This document shows positions 1 to 7,092 of a DNA stretch of 48,700 nt, in pieces. Every line of letters starts with the position of its first letter. Position 1 is the stretch's first letter. The DNA comes from Spirulina sp. (GTDB lineage Bacteria > Cyanobacteriota > Cyanobacteriia > Phormidesmidales > Phormidesmidaceae): positions 1-48,700 of the forward strand of contig JBIPSI010000037.1 of the NCBI GenBank assembly GCA_044070495.1, written 5' to 3'. The translations under genes and the position numbers were made by a program. A model generated the notes under the pieces. The model ran no database searches, had not been told where the DNA came from, and saw nothing but the letters and a program-made list of their open reading frames with translations.

Positions 1-76
1 CGTACCAATACCGCGCCCCTTTCTCTTCAGGGTCGATCTCAGGGAGGTTCAGGTCTGAGGGGGGCTTACTCGTCAT
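1..76 (-). CDS. 5' end of a probable CDS running off the window (MTSKPPSDLNLPEIDPEEKGARYWY...)
   Basis: ATG at 76 opens a stop-free frame to the window edge; product unknown. Confidence 0.35.
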   Translation of the reverse strand, partial: MTSKPPSDLNLPEIDPEEKGARYWY

Positions 77-141
77 GCCCCTTACTCTAACGATTTTTGT
101 CCCATTCGCAATAGCCCCATCTTGTTGCGGTGACTAATTAC

Positions 142-363
142 TTAGACTTCAAACAGTGATCGGGGTAGCTGCGACTGTCGAATAATAGATTGTAGCGTTC
201 CTATTTTTAAGGCTTTGTGATTGGGGACAGGAACGGTAATGGTTGTCTCTTCTATGCGTTTTTGCATAACAATGTGGCTTCCCCGTTGTTGTACGTTCTG
301 GAATCCATGTTGTTCTAGAAGCTTGCATATTTCGCTTCCCGAAAAGATTCTAAGCTTGCCCAA
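142..363 (-). CDS. hicA: HicA family toxin
   Basis: (M)GKLRIFSGSEICKLLEQHGF..QRGSHIVM..VPVPNH..GTLQSIIRQ is typical HicA; TTG start at 363 overlaps the hicB end. Confidence 0.88.
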   Translation of the reverse strand: MGKLRIFSGSEICKLLEQHGFQNVQQRGSHIVMQKRIEETTITVPVPNHKALKIGTLQSIIRQSQLPRSLFEV

Positions 364-586
364 TGCTAACCTCCAGTCGGGTAATAAAGACTTCGGATTT
401 GAGACGACTGGCAATTTCGGAAGGATCGGCAACTTCAAAGAAAAGCTCGATGGCCTCGATTAGGTTAGTTCTGGCTTCTTCTACGGTATCGCCCTGGCTA
501 GCAATGTCTAGCTCAGGACAGAGGGAAACATAGCCTTCTTCTTCCCGTTCGATAACAGCCGTAAACTGATGTGTTTGTTTAATCAC
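350..586 (-). CDS. hicB: HicB family antitoxin (short form)
   Basis: FTAVIEREEEGYVSLCPELDIASQGDTVEEARTNLIEAIELF; GTG start with AGGAG upstream. Confidence 0.9.
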   Translation of the reverse strand: MIKQTHQFTAVIEREEEGYVSLCPELDIASQGDTVEEARTNLIEAIELFFEVADPSEIASRLKSEVFITRLEVSIGQA

Positions 587-620
587 TGTCTGAACTCCTT
601 ATGATTTGGGTGCATGGTAT

Positions 621-698
621 TTAGTCTTGCTGATGAAGATTTTTTAGATCTTCTTAAAGAATTTGAAGGCTATCAGGTAAATCGATGGTGATTTGCAT
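621..698 (-). pseudogene. Internally deleted UPF0175 antitoxin-like gene remnant
   Basis: First 13 codons MQITIDLPDSLQI match 2073..2330, joined out of frame to a tail EDLKNLHQQD* resembling its FEEDLHN end. Confidence 0.7.
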
Positions 699-701
699 GG
701 T

Positions 702-1112
702 TTAGGCTCCTGTGTCAGGGGGTTGGCTTAGGGTGTCAAGGTAGGTGATGGTTGCTTTTCCCCAGATGCTTTCTTCTAGGTAGTGCTGGGCGATATCGAT
801 GAGGGTAGCTTTGGTGGCTTGGAGGTGACGTTCGGGATTGAGCAGTTGTTGGCGAAGATTGGCCCACTTGGAGGAACTGCTGTGCTGGATTTCGGTGAAT
901 TCTACGTCAATAATTGCAAGGGCTTCGGATTCGGTGGCGACGTTAGGGTGCTGGCTTTGGAGGTGAGTTATCAGCACTTTTAGATCCATGATGGCCGCTT
1001 GAACTGATGGATCGGTGGCGTAGTTATGCTGTGCCTCGATGTAGGTATCGACCTGCTCGAAGATTTGTACTTTTTCGGCTTTGGGAAAGTTGTATTTTGA
1101 GGCTTCTGTCAT
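702..1112 (-). CDS. 136-aa hypothetical protein, copy B; N-terminus resembles the C-terminal motif of the upstream NACHT-HEAT protein
   Basis: Intact ORF; ATG overlaps the parE stop; 14 substitutions versus copy at 2334..2744. Confidence 0.8.
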   Translation of the reverse strand: MTEASKYNFPKAEKVQIFEQVDTYIEAQHNYATDPSVQAAIMDLKVLITHLQSQHPNVATESEALAIIDVEFTEIQHSSSSKWANLRQQLLNPERHLQATKATLIDIAQHYLEESIWGKATITYLDTLSQPPDTGA

Positions 1113-1432
1113 GGGGTTGGTTCTTGGTCAAGGATAAATTCTAGGTTTTGGGCACCGTGAAGGACTCGGATAATTTCTACGGTATCAGGATGAATTTGAT
1201 AGAAGATGATGTACTTGCTGAAGCCTTTGATAGGGTATTGGCGTATTTGAGCCAGCCTTGGAGATGTGAATCCACTGCGTCTACCAATTTCAGGAAGTTT
1301 GGCAATGCGTTGAAAGGTTGCCTCGGCAGCATAGAGAAAGCGATCACCCGCATCAAGGTTATCAAGACTGATGTAGGTAGCATGGGCGATCAGATCTTGA
1401 ATGACGATTGGGCGTTTGGTCAGGTTAGCCAT
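1109..1432 (-). CDS. parE: RelE/ParE family toxin
   Basis: QDLIAHATYISLDNLDAGDRF..P.IGR..KYIIFY..VEIIRVLHGAQNL. Confidence 0.88.
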   Translation of the reverse strand: MANLTKRPIVIQDLIAHATYISLDNLDAGDRFLYAAEATFQRIAKLPEIGRRSGFTSPRLAQIRQYPIKGFSKYIIFYQIHPDTVEIIRVLHGAQNLEFILDQEPTP

Positions 1433-1682
1433 TGTGGGATTGATCGCGTTGGTTTTGATGAACAGCGGCGCGGATGGACTCCCAATCGCTGGTGGTCATT
1501 GGTGTGGGTTCGCCGGAGTTAAGCCCTTCGAGAATGAGGGGTTCAAGATGGTCTTTGCGGGCTTTGTCTTGTTGGATGAGGGCTTGAATGTAGTCGTTGG
1601 CGGTGTTGTATTGGCCGGATGCAAGTTGCTCTTTGAGGTAAGCGGCTAGAGCCTCTGGGAGTGAGATGGTTAGATTAGTCAT
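1425..1682 (-). CDS. parD: ParD/CC2985-type RHH antitoxin
   Basis: LTISLPEALAAYLKEQLASGQY..A.DYIQALI..LEGLNSGEPTPMT; overlaps parE start. Confidence 0.85.
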   Translation of the reverse strand: MTNLTISLPEALAAYLKEQLASGQYNTANDYIQALIQQDKARKDHLEPLILEGLNSGEPTPMTTSDWESIRAAVHQNQRDQSHNG

Positions 1683-1705
1683 GGAGTTACTTGTATGGGT
1701 AAGGA

Positions 1706-1924
1706 CTAGGCAATTTCTCGACTAAAGACTTCGGATTTGAGGCGATTGGAAAATTCGGAAGGATCGGCAACTTCAAAGAAAAGCTCGATGGCCTCGATTA
1801 GGTTAGCCCTTGCTTCTTCTACAGTATCGCCCTGGCTAGCAATGTCTAGCTCAGGACAGAGGGAAACGTAACCTTCTTCTTCTCGTTCGATAACAGCCGT
1901 AAACTGATGGGTTTGTTTAATCAC
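1706..1924 (-). CDS. hicB: Second HicB antitoxin copy with replaced C-terminus and no cognate hicA
   Basis: Near-identical to 350..586 up to KSEVF, then SREIA*; GTG at 1924. Confidence 0.75.
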   Translation of the reverse strand: MIKQTHQFTAVIEREEEGYVSLCPELDIASQGDTVEEARANLIEAIELFFEVADPSEFSNRLKSEVFSREIA

Positions 1925-1958
1925 TGTCTGAACTCCTGACGCTGTAGATAAATAATAC

Positions 1959-2090
1959 TCATGCTCCTTCGCCAAAGGTTAGATCTTCTCTTACCTCATA
2001 GGGAAGTTGTGGTGGACGTTCTAGCGGGTTGCCATCCCAGCTACTAACGACGTTTTCAAAAAAACCAGGATGTCACCCTCGTGATTCGGG
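1959..2090 (-). pseudogene. C-terminal remnant of a further small antitoxin-like gene
   Basis: Reading through the TGA at 2073 gives PESRG*HPGFFENVVSSWDGNPLERPPQLPYEVREDL, resembling from memory the GW.PGFFE..W.G.PLERP.Q..YE.RE.L tail of small antitoxins that precede vapC; its stop overlaps an ATG giving MSIIYL. Confidence 0.55.
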
Positions 2091-2330
2091 GATGTTGTGA
2101 AGTTCAGGACGGATATTATGTAGGTCTTCTTCAAAGTCTGTGACATCGTAATGGATGCAAATACCTCGGCTACCAATAAGCTGCTGAAATTCCATTTGAT
2201 GCATTCCGGCAATCTGGCTGGCTGTGCCTAGGGTGACTCGCTCTTGCTGAAAGAGGGTTATGGCTAGTTCTGTCCGTAGGTCGGCTTCGGTGATTTGAAG
2301 GCTATCGGGTAAGTCGATGGTGATTTGCAT
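2073..2330 (-). CDS. UPF0175 family antitoxin-like protein
   Basis: ITEADLRTELAITLFQQERVTLGTASQIAGMHQMEFQQLIGSRGICIHYDVTDFEEDL. Confidence 0.85.
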   Translation of the reverse strand: MQITIDLPDSLQITEADLRTELAITLFQQERVTLGTASQIAGMHQMEFQQLIGSRGICIHYDVTDFEEDLHNIRPELHNIPESRG

Positions 2331-2333
2331 GGT

Positions 2334-2744
2334 TTAGGCTCCTTTTTCTGGAGGTTGGCTTAAGGTATCAAGGTAGGTGATGGTTGCCTTGCCCCAGATG
2401 CTTTCTTCTAGGTAGTGCTGGGCAATTTCGATGAGAGTAGCTTTGGTGGCTTGGAGGTGGCGTTTGGGATTAATCAGTTGTTGTCGCAGATTGGCCCACT
2501 TGGAGGAACTGCTGTGCTGAACTTCAGTAAATTCTGCGTCAATAATGGCGAGGGCTTCGGATTCGTTAGCGACGGTGGGGTGCTGGCTTTGGAGATGGGT
2601 AATCAACGCTTTTAGATCCATGATGGTTGCTTGCACCGATGGATCGGTGGCGTAGTTATGCTGGGCCTCAATGTAGGTATCGACCTGCTCAAAGATTTGG
2701 ACTTTTTCGGCTTTAGAGAAGTTGTATTTTGAGGTTTTTGTCAT
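2334..2744 (-). CDS. 136-aa hypothetical protein, copy A
   Basis: About 90% aa identical to 702..1112. Confidence 0.8.
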   Translation of the reverse strand: MTKTSKYNFSKAEKVQIFEQVDTYIEAQHNYATDPSVQATIMDLKALITHLQSQHPTVANESEALAIIDAEFTEVQHSSSSKWANLRQQLINPKRHLQATKATLIEIAQHYLEESIWGKATITYLDTLSQPPEKGA

Positions 2745-2746
2745 GG

Positions 2747-3148
2747 CTATATGTCCTGTTTAGGGGGTTCCCAGATGCGATGGATAGTGTAGGCATCCAT
2801 CTGGCTATCCTGGCTGACGAGGGATAGATTATGGTTGATGGATTGGGCAATGAGAATTCTGTCGAAGGGATCACGATGATGTAGGGGCAAGGAGAGATAA
2901 ATCTCTAGGGCTTTGAATGTGATAGGCAGTTGCGTGATGTCAAGGGATGTTAAATTAGGTTCGATGGTGCTAAATGGGGCAGAGAGGTCAAGTTTACCGA
3001 TGTTGGCTTTGATAGCAATTTCCCAGAGGGAGGCAATGCTGACAAAGACGGTGGGCGTGGTCTCAATTTGGGTGCGGGTGCTGGTGGGAAGTTGGGTGTC
3101 GTTGTCGAGAAACCAGATGATGGCGTGGGTATCAAGCAGGAGAGTCAT
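2747..3148 (-). CDS. vapC: VapC (PIN domain) toxin
   Basis: LLLDTHAIIW, SIASLWEIAIK, HHRDPFDRILIAQ motifs. Confidence 0.92.
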   Translation of the reverse strand: MTLLLDTHAIIWFLDNDTQLPTSTRTQIETTPTVFVSIASLWEIAIKANIGKLDLSAPFSTIEPNLTSLDITQLPITFKALEIYLSLPLHHRDPFDRILIAQSINHNLSLVSQDSQMDAYTIHRIWEPPKQDI

Positions 3149-3150
3149 GG

Positions 3151-3375
3151 CTACATGTAGTCTTTGAGATCTTCCAGGGGTGCATCAAAGTCGTCAGCCA
3201 TGGTGAACATGCCTTTCATGGTTCCGGCTTGGCGATATTGCTTAGGCGGTGTTTCAGAGGATAGATTTTTTGCATATTTGGCGGCTAGATATTCAGCGTA
3301 ATGAAGAATTTCTGTTTGCAGATTTGGAGAGAGTTTTTCAAGAGTTTCAATTAACTGACTCGATAACATTAGCAT
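3151..3375 (-). CDS. DUF2281 family antitoxin
   Basis: LEKLSPNLQTEILHYAEYL..RQAGTMKGMFTMADDFDAPLED; directly upstream of vapC. Confidence 0.82.
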   Translation of the reverse strand: MLMLSSQLIETLEKLSPNLQTEILHYAEYLAAKYAKNLSSETPPKQYRQAGTMKGMFTMADDFDAPLEDLKDYM

Positions 3376-3530
3376 TCTCCTTGGAGAGAATTTGAGTTTT
3401 CTTTGCGGGCCTTGTCTTGTTGAATGAGGGTTTGGATATAGTCGTTGGCAGTGTCGTATTGGCCGGATGCAAGTTGCTCTTTGAGGTAAGCGGCTAGAGC
3501 CTCTGGGAGTGAGATGGTTAGATTAGTCAT
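3369..3530 (-). pseudogene. Truncated ParD antitoxin copy (N-terminal RHH part only)
   Basis: First 43 codons nearly identical to 1425..1682, then unrelated ENSNSLQGEC*. Confidence 0.75.
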
Positions 3531-3573
3531 GGAGTTACCTTGATGGAGAAAGCTTGGATGATTGATTGATGGA

Positions 3574-6500
3574 CTATTGATCTGAGTCTGGGGGATGTTC
3601 ATAGTAATGTTCAACCCGCTCAAAGATTTTAACTTCAGGGGCATTAGGGAAAATATAGCTTATCGGTGCAGTTGTTGTTTCTGGAGTCTCTTTAGTCGTA
3701 TTTTGAGCGGTCATTGCTTCTTGCCAGATGCAGTAGTTATAGAACTTGCAGCGATTTTGAATAGTTGGAATCAGCCAAGAAAGCTGTGAAATATAGAATT
3801 TCCTATTTGCATCTATCAACTCAGGGAGTTTATTATTAATGTCCTGGAGAGAGCATTTTGCTAGAACAAGAGCAGCCCGATTTTGAAAATAGATATCCTT
3901 GGTATAGTTTTCTGGATTTATTAGAGCATCAATCAGTCGATTTAGCATTTCCAAATTCATTAATTCAGATAAAAAGTCTATAGTTTCGCTAGAAGACTCA
4001 TGGCCTGGGTCTACTAATGCTTCAAACAGGTTTGCCAAAACCTCCGACCCTACACTCCCTTGATGCTTAGCTAACCTACCTAATTCAATAGCTGCTCTTT
4101 GCCAATATAAGCATTTAGACTGAGTGATCTCAAGTAAAGGTTCTTTAAGGCTAAGTCTCGAAAGACTTTTCATGATTTCAACATGAGGATCAAAATTAGT
4201 AGGTGCTTTTAGTGAATCTAACAGAGTAGGAATAGCTTCTTTTTGATCAAATTTACTTAAGGAGCAAGCCGCGTTTATTCGGACATATCGATCAGAATCC
4301 TTATCAATAACGTTGAGCAAAGAAGGAATACAGTTTGAGTCACCAACAATACCAAGAACTACAGCCGCAGTTGAACGAATGCTTGATTCCTGATGGTTTT
4401 CTAACTCATTCATCATTCTTGGTAGAACTTTAGAGTCCTTCAGATGGCCTAAGACAATAGCTGCGCACCATGATATATGCCAGTTATTATGCTCAGCTAA
4501 ATTCCTCAGTTCTCCAAGATCTTTGGGATTATCTATACTTTTTAGTTTAATCAGTTGCTTAGCTGCTTCTGCCCGAAGATTTCTGCTGTCTTCGCCCAGT
4601 CGTTGGACTAAGAAGTGAATTGCGGTGTCAAATTTACTTGCACCTAAAATTTGAATTATTTGCTTCTGAAGGGTCTCATAAGGCTCCTGAGCAAATAACT
4701 GAATTAATTCCGGAATAAACAACTCATACCTTGAAGAGACTCCCAGAAGATTAAGAATATGGTTTCTTTGTCGAAATTCAGTAGAAGGAAGAGTGATCTT
4801 AGTATTCTTTAGCAGATTTATAATGTCAGCATCTACTTTCTCTTTTAAATCAGTTGAGTCGGGCACCTGGATTTCTCTTTCAGGCTCTTCCCAGTCAGCA
4901 GCTATTTTTCTATTTTCTTCATGTTGAGCATTCCTAAACTCTTCGAGTAGTTCTCGAATCATATTTTCGGCATCTAGCCTCATCAGAATTGGTGCTGCCT
5001 GGGTCATCATTAGTAATAATGTGCCATGCTCTTTTAACTTCTGACGCAAGAACTTAATGGCTAACTGTGGTGAAATATGACTAAGAGATTGAACACAGGT
5101 TGACCATGAAATTCCACTCTTGTCAGAGTCTCCCAATGACTTTTGAGAGAAAAGCTTTTCACTAATTTTACCTAGTCTTCTTGTTATAGTATCTATAGCA
5201 ACTTGATTGCTAGTTTCTCCTATATAAGATGTTGCAATTTCAACGACATCAATATTTTTATGTGTTAAGAATGATAAAAGCTCTGGGATAGCTAATTCTG
5301 ATCGTGTTTCACCCAGAAGCTCAACTTTTAACCTGTCTGTTACAGAAAGCTTGATTACTTCTCCTACAGTTGCTTCTTGAAAAAGAAGTGCCACTTCTCC
5401 AGCCAGCTTTGCTCCTAACCTTAAATCTATATCCATTGCCAGCTTTACCACTCGCAAAGCATGGTCTTTGTTATCCACCAATGCCAGCATCAGGGCAATG
5501 GGTTCTGTCCACTTCAATAGATTTAGGTAGTCACGCTTAAATTGAGCCTCATCCTCAAGTAACTCAGACAATTCCAGCTTCAGCAGCAGTGCTTCGGCGG
5601 CGTAGTATTCCTGGAAAAGCTGGTGGTGAAATTCAATTTCCCTAGGGTCTGTGGCAACTTGTAGCAGATGGTGTTCGAGCAGATCCTCCAGCCATTCCTT
5701 GGCTCGTTGTCCTGGGGCTTCTACCCGACCTGTTAAATAGGTTTCTAAAAGTCTTTCGGCTTGGCTACGATCTATCGTTAGCCAAGCTTCGGTGGGGCTG
5801 GTTGGGTCGCCCTGCAACATGCAAAAGGCAAGGTGTTGCAATAGCTCCGGCTTAAACCGCCGAAAGTCGTCAGAAACAGCCACTAGCCCCTTAAACTGGT
5901 CATACTTGGCATCAAATAGGCGAAACAGTTCACCCTTGCTCTGGGGAATTTGCCCAGTTGTACTGTCAAAGACATCACAGAGCATTTTGAGCAGCAGTGG
6001 GGTTTCAGCCACCTCTCGCAGGCGGTCTTTGAGCTGCCGCAGCAACGTATCAGCCTGGTTAGGCAATCCTCGCTGGGTCAGGTATTTGTTCACAAACTCC
6101 CGCATTTGGGGTTCGCTCAGGGGGCGCATTTCCAACCGCTTTTGGATGCCCAGGTCTCCACCCACCGCCAGATCTCGCGTGGTGAAGATCATCGGTGTGG
6201 TCGGGTTGTCTTCTCGAAAGGCTTGGAGCTTGCGCCGCTGCTGATCCGAAGGAATTTCGTTGACCCCATCGAGCAGTAACAGTAATCGGTCTTCCAGCAA
6301 CCAATCTTCCAGTTGCTCCGCACTAATCCGCACCTTCGCCCGCCGAAATTCTGCCAAGATTAGCTCAATAACGGGACGATCACCCTTAAGCTGCACATAC
6401 ACCGGAATGATCTCAGGTTGTTCCAGGGCGACTTCTGCCGCCTCCAATAGCAACCGCTTTAGCGTGGTAGATTTTCCTGAACCCGGTCGTCCTGCCAGCA

Positions 6501-6972
6501 AAAGATGTTGACGCTTTTCGCCCAGGGCATGTTTCTGTAACCCTTCCAAGACCGGAAAGCGCTCTACCTTTTGCTGAGTTATTTCAGGTGAGCGAGAAGC
6601 ATCTTCTGATGCTCGCCGCTCCACCGTTTCTGCCTCCAGCAGAATCAATACGTCAGTCTCGGTATAGAGGTCACGCACATCCTGATATCGGGAATCTTGG
6701 CGGAGGATAAATTCTAGGTACCCGGAAAAATCAAACGTAGGGGGGAAGCTGCCATTCTTCAATTTGTCCAAGTAATCCTGAATGGCGCTGAGTCCTGGCC
6801 CAATATAGCTATCGGCCCACTCCAGCAGGGCGCTAACCTGTTCGCCAACTTTGGCTGAGGTTCCGGCTCGGTTCATCCGGGGCATCGCCACAGCAATCAG
6901 TAGCCGCTCAAAGTCTGCTTGCGGCAGGCGGCTTAAATCATCAAATAGCCGAGCACGATCACCGGAATCCAT
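3574..6972 (-). CDS. NACHT (STAND) NTPase with small N-terminal helical domain and C-terminal HEAT repeats (NLR-like)
   Basis: Walker A GRPGSGKST, Walker B LLLLDGVNE, FTTR, TPLLL, FHHQLFQEYYAA; HEAT-like units (RSTAAVVLG, RINAACSLS); IQNRCKFYNY tail motif. Confidence 0.9.
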   Translation of the reverse strand: MDSGDRARLFDDLSRLPQADFERLLIAVAMPRMNRAGTSAKVGEQVSALLEWADSYIGPGLSAIQDYLDKLKNGSFPPTFDFSGYLEFILRQDSRYQDVRDLYTETDVLILLEAETVERRASEDASRSPEITQQKVERFPVLEGLQKHALGEKRQHLLLAGRPGSGKSTTLKRLLLEAAEVALEQPEIIPVYVQLKGDRPVIELILAEFRRAKVRISAEQLEDWLLEDRLLLLLDGVNEIPSDQQRRKLQAFREDNPTTPMIFTTRDLAVGGDLGIQKRLEMRPLSEPQMREFVNKYLTQRGLPNQADTLLRQLKDRLREVAETPLLLKMLCDVFDSTTGQIPQSKGELFRLFDAKYDQFKGLVAVSDDFRRFKPELLQHLAFCMLQGDPTSPTEAWLTIDRSQAERLLETYLTGRVEAPGQRAKEWLEDLLEHHLLQVATDPREIEFHHQLFQEYYAAEALLLKLELSELLEDEAQFKRDYLNLLKWTEPIALMLALVDNKDHALRVVKLAMDIDLRLGAKLAGEVALLFQEATVGEVIKLSVTDRLKVELLGETRSELAIPELLSFLTHKNIDVVEIATSYIGETSNQVAIDTITRRLGKISEKLFSQKSLGDSDKSGISWSTCVQSLSHISPQLAIKFLRQKLKEHGTLLLMMTQAAPILMRLDAENMIRELLEEFRNAQHEENRKIAADWEEPEREIQVPDSTDLKEKVDADIINLLKNTKITLPSTEFRQRNHILNLLGVSSRYELFIPELIQLFAQEPYETLQKQIIQILGASKFDTAIHFLVQRLGEDSRNLRAEAAKQLIKLKSIDNPKDLGELRNLAEHNNWHISWCAAIVLGHLKDSKVLPRMMNELENHQESSIRSTAAVVLGIVGDSNCIPSLLNVIDKDSDRYVRINAACSLSKFDQKEAIPTLLDSLKAPTNFDPHVEIMKSLSRLSLKEPLLEITQSKCLYWQRAAIELGRLAKHQGSVGSEVLANLFEALVDPGHESSSETIDFLSELMNLEMLNRLIDALINPENYTKDIYFQNRAALVLAKCSLQDINNKLPELIDANRKFYISQLSWLIPTIQNRCKFYNYCIWQEAMTAQNTTKETPETTTAPISYIFPNAPEVKIFERVEHYYEHPPDSDQ

Positions 6973-7092
6973 ACCAGATGCAGCGGGCGCGAGAAAATCG
7001 TAGACCTATCGCTATGGTAGCCGCAGTTCCCAAGAGATCCCAATGGCAAGGCAAGCAGCCCGACTTTTTCAAGAAACCGGGCGGCTGAGGGG

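Noticed and set aside
364..438. N-terminal extension of HicA in the ORF track
   Set aside because: Overlaps hicB; HicA similarity begins at TTG 363
142..3538. Integron, shufflon or diversity-generating retroelement as explanation of the TA array
   Set aside because: No integrase, invertase or reverse transcriptase in the window; no attC-like palindromes seen; all genes are co-oriented and differences are not adenine-specific
3531..3644. N-terminal extension of the 3369..3644 ORF
   Set aside because: Overlaps the NACHT end; homology with parD starts at ATG 3530
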